DNA of 34,487 nucleotides. It comes from Cyanobacteriota bacterium (GTDB lineage: Bacteria > Cyanobacteriota > Cyanobacteriia > Cyanobacteriales > Nostocaceae). Under the pieces are notes generated by a model. That model ran no database searches, was not told the origin of the DNA, and was given only the letters and a program-made list of their open reading frames with translations. This document shows, piece after piece, positions 1 through 10,059 of the stretch (positions are counted from its first letter, which is position 1; every line of letters starts with the position of its first letter). The position numbers and the translations under genes were made by a program. The stretch is from contig JBJOKS010000041.1 of NCBI GenBank assembly GCA_046045965.1, positions 1-34,487 on the forward strand. Direction: 5' to 3'.

Positions 1-530
1 AGTTCATCCATGAGAAGGACTTGGGGTTTGACTGCTAAAGCACGAGCAATACACAAACGTTTTTGTTGTCCACAAGATAATTCTAAAGCAGATTTTTGGA
101 GTTTATTTTTGACTTCTTCCCAGAGATCGGCGGACTTAAGTGCTAATTCGACAATTTCATCTAATTCTACTTTGGGATGCCATCCGATTAACTTCACTCC
201 ATAGGCAACATTGTCATAAACGCTCATGGGAAAAAGATTTGGTCTGCCATAAATTGTACTAATTTGACGACGTAACCGATTTAAGTTAACACGACGACCA
301 TAAATATTTTGACCAAAAAATTCTACTTTCCCTTCAATTTTTACTTCTGCTTCTAATTCACTCATGCGGTTTAGAGATTTCAAAAAAGTAGATTTACCAC
401 AACCGCTAGGTCCCATGATAGCAGTGATTTTATTTTGGGGAATATCCAGTGATACATTTTCAATTATTTTTTGATGTCCGTAATAAAAGCTAAAATTCTT
501 GACTGTGATGGCAGGAATTATTTTACTCAT
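1..530 (-). CDS. pstB: PstB-like phosphate ABC transporter ATP-binding protein (5' part; runs off the window edge)
   Basis: Manual translation from ATG at 530: MSKIIPAITVKNFSFYYG...GPSGCGKSTFLKSLNRM (Walker A)...PNLFPMSVYDNVAYG...LSCGQQKRLCIARALAVKPQVLLMDE (signature, Walker B). Not in the ORF track because the stop lies outside the window. Confidence 0.85.
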   Translation of the reverse strand, partial: MSKIIPAITVKNFSFYYGHQKIIENVSLDIPQNKITAIMGPSGCGKSTFLKSLNRMSELEAEVKIEGKVEFFGQNIYGRRVNLNRLRRQISTIYGRPNLFPMSVYDNVAYGVKLIGWHPKVELDEIVELALKSADLWEEVKNKLQKSALELSCGQQKRLCIARALAVKPQVLLMDE

Positions 531-578
531 AGGGAATAATGTTAAATTATCTAGATAATTTTTAAGCGGAAAGGTGGG

Positions 579-1799
579 TTGTTTATGCTAAGACGCTTCA
601 GTTTTATAGTTACTACTATTATTTTCTGGCATCTGTGCAGTTTTGTCACACTAGCACAAAGTAAAAAGCCGGAACAAATGGATAGGTTTCCTCCTGGACC
701 ATTGGAAATTACCACACCAGATCCTTTGGTCAGGGGTTCGGTGAAACAACAACCGTTAACTTCTGAAGAATTGCAAAAGCTGGAAACTGCGCTAGATGAG
801 TTAAACCAAGAAGCTACAACGACATTACAAGCAGGGGATAAGGTAACAGCGTTTGATATTTGGAACCGAGAATTACGACTGCGGCGCTTTTTAGGTTCAT
901 TATCTGAACTGCAAGCATTATCACGGGTGGGTGCGATCGCTTGGAATGAAAATGAGAAGCAACAAGTAAAATATATTACTGAGAGATTGCAGGTAATTGA
1001 AAAACAGATGCTAACTCAAAAAAGCACTGATGTAGAATTATGGCGATCGCTTGGTGAAGCTTACCAAAATGTGCGTATTCCTAAACTAGCTGTAGGAGCT
1101 TACCAGCAGATTTTAACATTAGTGAGACAGCAAAATAATAATACTGCTGAAATAGAAACTTTAAACACAATTGGGGAATTACATCTCAGTTGGTTTAATT
1201 ATCCTCAAGCTGCTACAACTTACCAAGAGTTGCTAAACTTTGCTATTAGCAGGGAGGATAGAATCAATGAAGTTGGTTATTTGCAACAACTAGCTTATAT
1301 TTATGAACGGGGAAAACAGCCCCAACAAGCGATAAATGTCCTGAATAAGTTAGCCGCAATTTACACTAGAGATAATAATCTTACTCAAGTTCCTGGTTTA
1401 AAAATCAAAATAGCGGAAAATTATCAATCTTTGGTAAGAGAAAATCCCAATTTTCTGCAAGAAGCTTTTAACAACTATCAAGAAGCTTATGTTACTGCTT
1501 GGAAATTAGAACAGTATGTCAGTGCTAGTGAAGCTTTGCAGAAATTAATTAAGCTTTACCGTTCTCAGAATCAAATTAATGAAGCTTTGCAAGCTAGTAA
1601 AATTTTGTTGGAAACAGAAACACTAGCAACTAATTTTTATGGTTTGATGCAAGCTTATGATCAAATGGGACAATTGTATTTAGAAAAACAAGAAAGTGCC
1701 AACGCATTAGCAGCTTTTCAAAAAGGTTTAGAAATAGCCCAACAACTGAAACATCAAGAGACATATTTTGCACAGAAGATTGAAAATTTAAAGCCTTGA
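579..1799 (+). CDS. Tetratricopeptide-repeat protein with N-terminal signal/hydrophobic segment
   Basis: 406-aa ORF with a hydrophobic N-terminus and repeated helical TPR-like motifs (LGEAYQ..., LAYIYE...QQAI, MGQLYLE...ALAAFQKGL). True start may be the ATG at 585. Confidence 0.8.
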   Translation: MFMLRRFSFIVTTIIFWHLCSFVTLAQSKKPEQMDRFPPGPLEITTPDPLVRGSVKQQPLTSEELQKLETALDELNQEATTTLQAGDKVTAFDIWNRELRLRRFLGSLSELQALSRVGAIAWNENEKQQVKYITERLQVIEKQMLTQKSTDVELWRSLGEAYQNVRIPKLAVGAYQQILTLVRQQNNNTAEIETLNTIGELHLSWFNYPQAATTYQELLNFAISREDRINEVGYLQQLAYIYERGKQPQQAINVLNKLAAIYTRDNNLTQVPGLKIKIAENYQSLVRENPNFLQEAFNNYQEAYVTAWKLEQYVSASEALQKLIKLYRSQNQINEALQASKILLETETLATNFYGLMQAYDQMGQLYLEKQESANALAAFQKGLEIAQQLKHQETYFAQKIENLKP

Positions 1800-1823
1800 T
1801 TTATGGAGGTTTTTGTCAGAATC

Positions 1824-1978
1824 AGGATTTACAGGATTTTTCGATATTATGTGAATTATGATTATTTGGCAATTTAAAATTAATTTTCAAACTTGAAAAT
1901 TCCAATTTCCAAATTAATCATCAATTCAATATTCAAAAAATCATATTTCAAACTAATATCCTGTAAATCCTTAAATCT
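1824..1978. repeat. Inverted pair of AGGATTTACAGGAT dispersed repeats
   Basis: aggatttacaggat (1824-1837) and its reverse complement atcctgtaaatcct (1958-1971). The same motif recurs at 34243-34264. Confidence 0.7.
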
Positions 1979-2035
1979 CTTAAAAAGGGGGACTTTGAAG
2001 AATTTATCCCCCCTTTTTAAGGGTTGGGGGGATCT
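1972..2035. repeat. Palindromic dispersed repeat (CTTAAAAAGGGGGACTT...CCCCCTTTTTAAGGG...GGGGGGATC type), partial copy
   Basis: Nearly identical to the full copy at about 33258-33334. It overlaps the murQ stop codon. Confidence 0.8.
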
Positions 2036-2954
2036 ATTTCTCTTTTTTATAACTATCCACCGCCACACGCAAATTACCCTGATGCGCTGCTAAAAGTTCC
2101 TCACCTGCGGTTTTATCTAAACCTGTCCAGTGCATTAATAAAGCCAACTTCACCCATTTACCACTGCGTTCTAATAAAAAACCTGCGGCTTCTCGACTTA
2201 ACCCGGTTAAATCTTGCAAAATTCTTAAAGCGCGATCGCGTAATTTTTGATTTGTTACCGCAACATCCACCATTCTATTACCGTAAACTTTCCCTAATTT
2301 CACCATCACGCTGGTAGAAAGGATATTTAAAGCTAATTTTGTCGCAGTACCAGCTTTCAAACGAGTGGAACCGGCTAAAATTTCTGGACCTGTTAACAAA
2401 CGAATATCAATATCAGCATCAAAAGGTACTTGTTCAGCAGGAACACAGGCGATAAAAACCGTTAAAGCTCCTCTTTGACGTGCTGCTTTTAATGCACCTT
2501 GAACATAGGGTGTAGTTCCCCCAGCGGTGATACCGACGACTACATCCAGTTGGGTGATTTTATGTTGAGCGATCGCATTTTCCCCATCTTCAACCAAGTC
2601 TTCCAAACCCTCAGAACTGCGTAACAACGCACCCGCACCACCAGCAATGATCCCCTGGACCAACTCTGGAGGTGTGCAGAAAGTAGGTGGACACTCAGCC
2701 GCATCTAACACCCCTAAACGTCCACTGGTTCCCGCACCGATGTAAAATAAACGTCCACCTTGATGTAAACGTTCTGCTGTCTTTTCAATAGCTGCTGCTA
2801 ACTCAACCTTAGCCCCAGCAACAGCAGCTACAGCTTTTTGGTCTTCAGTATTAAATAATTCTACCAATTCTAAAGAATTTAATTGGTCTAAATTGAGACT
2901 ATTAGGATTTACCTGTTCTGTGAGTAGATGTCCGCGTTCCTGCAAATTTGTCAT
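2034..2954 (-). CDS. murQ: N-acetylmuramic acid 6-phosphate etherase
   Basis: Motifs LLTEQVNPNS, GAGTSGRLGVLDAAECPPTF, GSTRLKAGTATKL, GKVYGNRMVDV. Confidence 0.97.
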   Translation of the reverse strand: MTNLQERGHLLTEQVNPNSLNLDQLNSLELVELFNTEDQKAVAAVAGAKVELAAAIEKTAERLHQGGRLFYIGAGTSGRLGVLDAAECPPTFCTPPELVQGIIAGGAGALLRSSEGLEDLVEDGENAIAQHKITQLDVVVGITAGGTTPYVQGALKAARQRGALTVFIACVPAEQVPFDADIDIRLLTGPEILAGSTRLKAGTATKLALNILSTSVMVKLGKVYGNRMVDVAVTNQKLRDRALRILQDLTGLSREAAGFLLERSGKWVKLALLMHWTGLDKTAGEELLAAHQGNLRVAVDSYKKEK

Positions 2955-2984
2955 TTTTTTGTCAGTTGTCAGTTATTCTTCACT

Positions 2985-3034
2985 ATTCTCTGTTCCCTGT
3001 TCCCTATTCCCTGTTCCCTGTTCCCTATTCCCTG
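2985..3034. repeat. Heptamer short tandem repeat (STRR; TTCCCTG/TTCCCTA units)
   Basis: About 7 tandem heptamers between the DUF3110 gene and murQ. The same family occurs at 9279-9312 (opposite orientation) and 19881-19920. Confidence 0.9.
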
Positions 3035-3039
3035 AATAA

Positions 3040-3456
3040 CTACAATAAACCTTCTAGTCTGCGACGGATGCTGTCTAGATCAGAATTAGAAATTTCCGGT
3101 GTTGTCTCATTTGCTGAAGCTGGACGGGAGGAATTAGGGGTATCCTGGGTTTTAGCCTCTGCTTGCCAATCAGTTTCTTCTACATTCAATTCTGGAGGCG
3201 TAATGACCAAATTACTATTTTCTGGAACAACTTCCCAGTCAAACCCAGCATCTTCACAAAATGCCTTGATATCGTCAGCATTCATCATTTCCACTGTAGG
3301 AGTTGGGAAATCTTGAGCTTCTAACATTAAAGCAAAGCGTGTGGCATCATCTTCCGACTCGAACATCATAATTGTATTGCGATCGCCCACCCGAATTGAG
3401 TGAATCCCTTCATTATCAGTGCCAGCATTAAAAATTAGTACAAAAACACGCATCAT
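3040..3456 (-). CDS. DUF3110-family conserved cyanobacterial protein
   Basis: VFVLIFNAGTDNEGIHS...MFESEDDATRFALMLEAQDFP...LDSIRRRLEGLL pattern typical of the family, which often lies next to murQ. Confidence 0.85.
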   Translation of the reverse strand: MMRVFVLIFNAGTDNEGIHSIRVGDRNTIMMFESEDDATRFALMLEAQDFPTPTVEMMNADDIKAFCEDAGFDWEVVPENSNLVITPPELNVEETDWQAEAKTQDTPNSSRPASANETTPEISNSDLDSIRRRLEGLL

Positions 3457-3707
3457 TCATCCTTTGAGTTCACGTCTCTATTATTTCAATTAAAGTTCTA
3501 GATTGTGCCTCCCAGAAAGCCAACTATAGACCGAAAGGTATATTTTCGACAATTTGAGGCAACTATAGCAATAATTATGGTAATATCTGGCAACACCTTG
3601 GGAAAAAAGTTAACTGGTCTTTATCCTAGAAGTGGCATAGTTAAATATGTGCTAATTATAAATAGCAGTTTGCCAACTAGCTGCGGCAATTTCCAGAGTG
3701 AAAACCC

Positions 3708-6700
3708 ATGTCTAACTCTTCCGAACAAGATTTTCAGACCCTAACCACAGGTCGAAAACGCCTATGGTTGATGATATTGAGTCGTGGTAGCATGACTTTA
3801 GGAGCATTTTTGACGCTCTTAATCATAACTGGTGTTTGGCGCTTACGGAATTTTATTCAAACAGAGTTAGCACCTTTAGCACAAAAAAACCTAACTAATA
3901 CCCTTAACCGTCCCGTCGAACTCGGACAAGTAAAAGAATTTTCCCTCACAGGGTTAAGGTTTGCTGCTTCAGCTATCCCTGCAACATCTACAGATCCAGA
4001 TCGGGTGACTATAGAAGCAGTAGACGTGGGTTTTGATCTTTGGCGGTTAGTTGTTAACCGTCAGCTAAAACTAGATGTTACCCTAATTAACCCAGATATT
4101 TATATTCAACAAGATAACCAATCACGCTGGATCACAACTACCATAGCTCCAGCAGGAAAACCAGGACTAATTAAAACCGACTTAGATAAACTGCGTTTTC
4201 GCAATGCCAATTTAATATTAGTAGGCAACCAGAAACCAGGGGAAGTTGCGGGATCTCAGGAGCAGAAGAGAAATATCAATTTCCCAGTCCCCAGTCAAGA
4301 GTCATCAGTACCTGTGGTATTTTCAGGATTATATGGAACTGCTCAACTGCTAGAAAATAACCGTTTAATTAAATTTGATGTAGCAGGAAAACCAGAAAAC
4401 GGTGGTAAGATTTTCCTTCAGGGAAATATCCGCGCTCAGTCAACTTTAGAAGGTGAATTAAAGGTAAAAACGCAAGATTTATTGGCCGCAGATATTACTC
4501 GGTTGATTAAATTACCCTTAAATTTACAAGCTGGTCGGGTAAATGGTGATTTACAAATTCAATTGATACCAAAAAAACCAACTTTATTAGATGGTACTGC
4601 AACTTTACAAGGGGTAACGCTGGCAATACCAAAAGTACCTCAACTATTGAGCAATACCCAGGGAAATATCAAGTTTCAAGGATTGGGAATAGAGTTAGAT
4701 AATGTAGTTAGCAACTATGGTAAAATTCCCTTAGTGGCAACAGGTATTATTGACCGGGAAAATGGCTTTAATTTAGCAGGAAGAGTCAATGCCGTAAGTG
4801 TTTCAAATGCTCTAGAAACTCTCAAGGTTAAGTCACCTTTTCCTGTAAGTGGGGTGGTAAAAGCAGATTTACAGATGTTAGGAAATATTGAAGAACCTGT
4901 ACTTTCAGGAACTGTTACTAATATCAAAACTGCCCAAATTGATCAAGTTGATTTTCAGAAAGTTAGTAGTAAATTTGAGCTTTCTACTCGTGATGATCTG
5001 CTTAGTTTTAAAGATATTCAAGGAAAAACTACATTAGGCGGTGAAGTTACCGGAGCGGGAAAAATTGAACTTGGTCAAGTACCACAAATCAATGTTAATT
5101 TAACTGCCAAAAATGTTCCTGGGGATGCGATCGCAAAACTTTATAATGATCAAATTAACCCAACATTAAAAATCGGCACTGTCTCAGCTACAGCTAATAT
5201 TATTGGTGCGGCTAATAATGTCCAGACTCTAGTTAAATGGCAAGCTCCACAAGCCACCTATGCTGCTACTGGTGAAACAATTATTAACCCAGATCGGACA
5301 GTTGACTTTCGTAATGTCGCTCTCAATATTGCTGGTAATGTGGTGCGGGGTTATGGTAATTATAATCGTCAAAGTTGGCAAGCTGTCGCTCAAGCTTCTG
5401 GTGTGAAATTAACACCTTTTATCAAAGAAGAAAAACTAGAAAATATCTCTTTAAAAGACGCAGAATTTAACGGTAAGTTATTAATATCAGGAACTTCGGA
5501 AAAATTTCAAGTTACTAATATTCGTCCTGAAGATGCAAATATTAATATTGCTGGGGGAAAAATTGCTATTTCTCGGCTTCAGTTAGAAGACAAAAACTTT
5601 GTAGCAGATTTAATAGCCAAAGATGTACGTTTAGGGAAAATATTAAAACAATCTAACCCAATTTTAAATAATCCCATTGCGGGTAAATTCACTATTGCAG
5701 GTAATACCGAAAATTTCAGCCTCAAGACTTTTGGTGGTATTGGTGAAGGTAGATTAAAAGTTGATAATGGCACAATTACAGCTAAAAATATTCAAATTAG
5801 TAATGGTCGTTATAAAGCGCAAGTTGCCGTAGAAAATGTACCTTTGCAGAAATTATCAGCAGTTGCACCCCCATTAGAAGGTATATTAACAAGTCAGTTA
5901 AATATTGCTGGTTCTGTTGAATCTTTTCAACCGCAAACTATCCAAGCAACTGGTAAAGCAAAATTAAATCTTGCAGGGGGAACAGTTACAGCGTCTAATA
6001 TTCAAGTTGCTGATAATAGTTACCAAGCTTTAGTTAACAGTTCCGGTGTGCAGTTAAATCGTTTAAATAAACAATTGCAAGGTCAATTTGCAGGTGAATT
6101 ACAGGTTGCTGGTATTTTCGGATCTGCGAAATTAGCTGATGTGCGTGCTGCTGGCCAGGTGCAGTTTAGTCGAGGTATTCCCGGAATTAATTCTCCTTTA
6201 AATGCAGCAATATCTTGGAATGGTCAACAATTAACTATTCCCCAAGCGAGAACACCAAATATCAACGCCGGTGGTTATATTTTAGCCAATGCTCAACAAC
6301 CAGGTATACCCGAAATTACTCAATTAAATTTGAATGTACAAGCGCAAAATTATGACCTCAAACAATTACCTTTTAAATTACCTAATGCTGTAAATGTAGG
6401 CGGAAAAGCAGATTTTAAAGGACAAATTACCGGGAAACTCACAGCACCAAATGTTATGGGAACCTTGGGTTTAAGAAATTTACAAGTTCAGAAATTTGCC
6501 TTTGAACCATTATTAACTGGTAACATTAATTTAGTGCAAGGACAGGGTTTAAGTTTAGATGTAGCAGGTAAACAAGATAGACTAGCTGCTAGGTTAAATG
6601 CCAATAATCAACCTAACGCCTTTTTGGTAAAATGGAAACAAGCATTAGCAACAGGTGAAGCGAAAGGCGATAATTGGGCAGTTAAAGTTAATAATTTTCC

Positions 6701-9275
6701 CTTACAAGCTTTAAATTTAAATTTACCGAATAATCCGATTTTGGGTAAAGGTGCATTAGCTGGTTTGTTAACTGGAGATTTGCAAGTTAATCAAAAAACA
6801 TTAGCAACAAAAGGAAATATTGCGATCGCACAACCACAACTTGCTAGAATTAGAGGCGATCGCTTCACCACTCAATTAAACTACAATAATAATATAGCCA
6901 CCCTCACAAATAGCGAATTTATCGCCAACCAAAGCCGCTACCTCTTTGACGCTAACCTTAAACAAACTACCACCGGACCACAATTACAAGCCAAAATTAA
7001 CATCAATCAAGGCAACATTCAAGATTTATTAACTGTTGCTCAGATATTTGAAATCCAAGATTTACAAAGAGGTTTAACACCACCAACCTACGGCACATCT
7101 GCGGATTTAACAACCAACCCGCGAGGCTTACCAAATCAACCTTTATTAACTCAAATTCAGCGTCTAGCAGAAATTGATGCACTTATAGCAGCAGAAGAAC
7201 AGAAACGGCTGGAATCTGAACCAATACCAGACTTAAAAGACTTAAAAGGAATTTTTAACGGTGAAATTGCCATCAATACCGCCACAAAAAACGGACTAGC
7301 ATCACAATTTAACCTCCAAGGACAAAACTTTACCTGGGGTAGAGAAACAGAACCTAATCGTTTTTATCGGGCTGAAAAAGTCATTGCTGAAGGTAACTTT
7401 GAAAAAGGTGTTTTGCGTTTACAACCTTTACGCATCGAAGCTAAAGATAGACTTATCGCCTTTACTGGTAATATCGGTGGTGAAGAACAATCAGGAAAAT
7501 TAATAGTCAATAGATTCCCCATCCAACTATTAAATAACTTCGTCAGACTCCCAGTAGGAATTACAGGTAATCTCAATGTTGATGCTGCTATAGCTGGTAG
7601 TATAGCCAACCCTCAAGCTAGAGGACAATTAGAAATCACAGAAGGAACACTCAATCAAAAACAAATAGAATCAGCTACCGCAGGTTTCAGTTATGCCGAT
7701 GGACGCTTAAAGTTTGGTAGTCAGGTGATAGCTGCTGGACCAGAACCTGTTAACATTACTGGTGATATTCCCTATAAATTACCATTTGCATCTGTAGAAC
7801 CAGATAACAATCAAATTACCCTAGATGTAAAAGTCAAAAATGAAGGTTTAGGATTATTAAATCTGTTCACAAATCAAATAGCCTTTGAGAACGGTGAAGG
7901 AGAAGTAGATTTAACTGTCAGAGGAACCAGACAACAACCATTAGTTAAAGGTATTGCTTCTCTTAATAATGCCACCTTTGAAGCCCAAGCCTTACAAGGT
8001 AAACTAACCAATGTGTCTGGAAGAGCAGAATTTGATTTTGATAAAGTATTAGTAGAAAACCTCCAAGGTCAATTCAGCAATGGTAAAATAGCTGCGGCTG
8101 GAGAAATCGCCGTTTTCAACAGTCAAGACATACAAATAGAGAATCCTTTGAGTGTTAAACTAGAACAATTAGTATTAAATCTCAAGGGATTATATCAAGG
8201 TAGTGCTAGTGGTAATTTAGAAATTAAAGGTTCTGCTCTGCAACCAGCAATTGGCGGTGATATAGAATTATCAAATGGTCAAATTTTACTCACAGAATCT
8301 GATACCTCAACTTTATCTAAAACCAGTTCTAATTTATCAATTGTCGCCGCCAACAAGCAAAACAAAACCAATGCTGTTGACAGTGTAATTACCACGTTAA
8401 ATGATTTACAAATTAAGCTAGGAAAAAACGTGCAAATAGCTCGTCCACCTGTTTTCAACTTCTTAGCATCTGGTGAGTTAAAGGTGACTGGTTCCTTAAA
8501 TGATCCTATACCTGAAGGAACTATCAAATTAACTAAAGGTGGGGTCAATTTATTTACTACTCAATTCAATTTGGCTCGTAACTATAAACATACTGCAACT
8601 TTTAGAACTACTCAACCTCGTGATCCTGAGTTAGATATTAAACTTTTTGCTAAAGTATTAGATGGAGTCCAAACTTTTGATCCAAGCCGACAAGTTTCTA
8701 CAGGGTCATCAGTATTAGAAACCGCTAAGGTAGAAACAAGTGATCTCAGCAGACAAGTTTCGACGGGGTTATCAGCATTAGAAAGCGTGAGGGTTGAAGC
8801 AATAGTCCAAGGTTTTGCTAGTCAACTAAATGAGAATTTAGAATTGAAAAGTAGTCCCTCGCGTTCACAAACAGAAATTGTCACTTTATTAGGAGGAGGT
8901 TTTATAGATACCCAAGGACGTGGTGACAGTACACTAGGTTTAATTAATATTGCTGGTTCGGCTGTTTTCAATAACTTTCAATCTGCATTTAACCAGATTG
9001 GTGATGCTTTTGGTTTAAGTGAACTGCGGATATTTCCTACTATTCTTTCTGAACAACCCGAAGCCGGTAAAAGCAGTTCGAGTTTAGAATTAGCATTAGA
9101 AGCCGGTGTTGATATTTCCAGCAAATTTTCTTTTTCTACTATCAAAATTTTAACCGCTAGTGACCCTTTCCAGTGGGGTATTAATTACAGAATTAACGAC
9201 GAGTTTCGTGTCCGTGCTTCCACAAATTTAACTGATGATAGTCGTGCGGTTGTTGAGTTTGAAAGAAGATTTTAA
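3708..9275 (+). CDS. tamB: TamB/AsmA-like translocation and assembly module protein (DUF490 C-terminus)
   Basis: 1855 aa with one N-terminal TM anchor, a long Gly-rich beta-repeat body and a C-terminal DUF490-like region (LSELRIFP...AGVDIS...YRIND...VVEFERRF). Confidence 0.88.
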   Translation: MSNSSEQDFQTLTTGRKRLWLMILSRGSMTLGAFLTLLIITGVWRLRNFIQTELAPLAQKNLTNTLNRPVELGQVKEFSLTGLRFAASAIPATSTDPDRVTIEAVDVGFDLWRLVVNRQLKLDVTLINPDIYIQQDNQSRWITTTIAPAGKPGLIKTDLDKLRFRNANLILVGNQKPGEVAGSQEQKRNINFPVPSQESSVPVVFSGLYGTAQLLENNRLIKFDVAGKPENGGKIFLQGNIRAQSTLEGELKVKTQDLLAADITRLIKLPLNLQAGRVNGDLQIQLIPKKPTLLDGTATLQGVTLAIPKVPQLLSNTQGNIKFQGLGIELDNVVSNYGKIPLVATGIIDRENGFNLAGRVNAVSVSNALETLKVKSPFPVSGVVKADLQMLGNIEEPVLSGTVTNIKTAQIDQVDFQKVSSKFELSTRDDLLSFKDIQGKTTLGGEVTGAGKIELGQVPQINVNLTAKNVPGDAIAKLYNDQINPTLKIGTVSATANIIGAANNVQTLVKWQAPQATYAATGETIINPDRTVDFRNVALNIAGNVVRGYGNYNRQSWQAVAQASGVKLTPFIKEEKLENISLKDAEFNGKLLISGTSEKFQVTNIRPEDANINIAGGKIAISRLQLEDKNFVADLIAKDVRLGKILKQSNPILNNPIAGKFTIAGNTENFSLKTFGGIGEGRLKVDNGTITAKNIQISNGRYKAQVAVENVPLQKLSAVAPPLEGILTSQLNIAGSVESFQPQTIQATGKAKLNLAGGTVTASNIQVADNSYQALVNSSGVQLNRLNKQLQGQFAGELQVAGIFGSAKLADVRAAGQVQFSRGIPGINSPLNAAISWNGQQLTIPQARTPNINAGGYILANAQQPGIPEITQLNLNVQAQNYDLKQLPFKLPNAVNVGGKADFKGQITGKLTAPNVMGTLGLRNLQVQKFAFEPLLTGNINLVQGQGLSLDVAGKQDRLAARLNANNQPNAFLVKWKQALATGEAKGDNWAVKVNNFPLQALNLNLPNNPILGKGALAGLLTGDLQVNQKTLATKGNIAIAQPQLARIRGDRFTTQLNYNNNIATLTNSEFIANQSRYLFDANLKQTTTGPQLQAKININQGNIQDLLTVAQIFEIQDLQRGLTPPTYGTSADLTTNPRGLPNQPLLTQIQRLAEIDALIAAEEQKRLESEPIPDLKDLKGIFNGEIAINTATKNGLASQFNLQGQNFTWGRETEPNRFYRAEKVIAEGNFEKGVLRLQPLRIEAKDRLIAFTGNIGGEEQSGKLIVNRFPIQLLNNFVRLPVGITGNLNVDAAIAGSIANPQARGQLEITEGTLNQKQIESATAGFSYADGRLKFGSQVIAAGPEPVNITGDIPYKLPFASVEPDNNQITLDVKVKNEGLGLLNLFTNQIAFENGEGEVDLTVRGTRQQPLVKGIASLNNATFEAQALQGKLTNVSGRAEFDFDKVLVENLQGQFSNGKIAAAGEIAVFNSQDIQIENPLSVKLEQLVLNLKGLYQGSASGNLEIKGSALQPAIGGDIELSNGQILLTESDTSTLSKTSSNLSIVAANKQNKTNAVDSVITTLNDLQIKLGKNVQIARPPVFNFLASGELKVTGSLNDPIPEGTIKLTKGGVNLFTTQFNLARNYKHTATFRTTQPRDPELDIKLFAKVLDGVQTFDPSRQVSTGSSVLETAKVETSDLSRQVSTGLSALESVRVEAIVQGFASQLNENLELKSSPSRSQTEIVTLLGGGFIDTQGRGDSTLGLINIAGSAVFNNFQSAFNQIGDAFGLSELRIFPTILSEQPEAGKSSSSLELALEAGVDISSKFSFSTIKILTASDPFQWGINYRINDEFRVRASTNLTDDSRAVVEFERRF

Positions 9276-9278
9276 CAT

Positions 9279-9354
9279 AACAGGGAACAGGGAACAGGGA
9301 ACAGGGAACAGGAAAAAGTTACCATTTTCATTTCTCCTGACTCCTGACTCCTGA
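9279..9354. repeat. STRR heptamer tracts (ACAGGGA)n and (CTCCTGA)n between convergent genes
   Basis: Direct reading of tandem heptamers. Confidence 0.85.
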
Positions 9355-9358
9355 CATC

Positions 9359-9760
9359 TTATTTTTTCTCAGCACAACCTTCTAAAACCCTATTCCCTAG
9401 CATCAAAATAGCGGAATAGGGATAATTTCTATCTGACATACCATCACTACAACTGCTGACTTTTTTCAAAATTAACATATTGTTTTCCCTACCTCTAAAG
9501 CGGTAAACTCTCACTACATCTGTCGGTCTTCCATCAGCTTTTAATGGTGCTGCATAAGGGAAAGTTTGCTGTTTAATTTCTGGTGAACTGTAAACTATTC
9601 CCCGTTTGCTAACAGTCAAACTCCAAAAGGGTTCCGTACCCCTAGCAATGAATTCTTCAATTCTAGATGATTGGGCTATACTTTGATCGGCAACTAATAC
9701 AGTTGCACCAATTCCCGCACTAATTCCCAAGACCACTAGAGAGGAAATTAAAGTTTTCAT
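9359..9760 (-). CDS. Exported hypothetical protein (COG3650-like; GTEPFW...CSDGMSD..YPY...GCA)
   Basis: Signal peptide plus the conserved motif set with two cysteines. Confidence 0.75.
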   Translation of the reverse strand: MKTLISSLVVLGISAGIGATVLVADQSIAQSSRIEEFIARGTEPFWSLTVSKRGIVYSSPEIKQQTFPYAAPLKADGRPTDVVRVYRFRGRENNMLILKKVSSCSDGMSDRNYPYSAILMLGNRVLEGCAEKK

Positions 9761-9863
9761 GGTTAGTAATTAATATTGATGTTTGTGACCAACAAGTAGA
9801 GATACACAACGCAGAAGACAGAATACAGAATACTAGCTGACTTCCTAAAATCCAAACTCCAAT

Positions 9864-10013
9864 GGGAGCATCCCAAATGTGTAAGTTTATTTTTTGCTTG
9901 AGGTCAAGACGTGAAATGAACGAACCACGAAGGTACGAAGAACACGAAGGTAAGAGATTTTTAGAGAGTTTTTGGTGTTGCTGCGGTTATTTTTTCAAAA
10001 TTGGGATGCTCCC
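9864..10013. mobile_element. MITE, 150 bp, TIR GGGAGCATCCCAA, 8-bp target-site duplication ACTCCAAT
   Basis: 13-bp perfect terminal inverted repeats. actccaat at 9856-9863 and 10014-10021. Internal short repeats of ACGAAG. Confidence 0.9.
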
Positions 10014-10059
10014 ACTCCAATAGACATTGGATTTTCATTACCTCGCATACTCAGTCAAA

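Noticed and set aside
4715..8548. Antisense ORFs inside tamB, and likewise inside psbO, sigF, ftsZ and the repeat protein
   Set aside because: These are shadow frames of real genes on the opposite strand.
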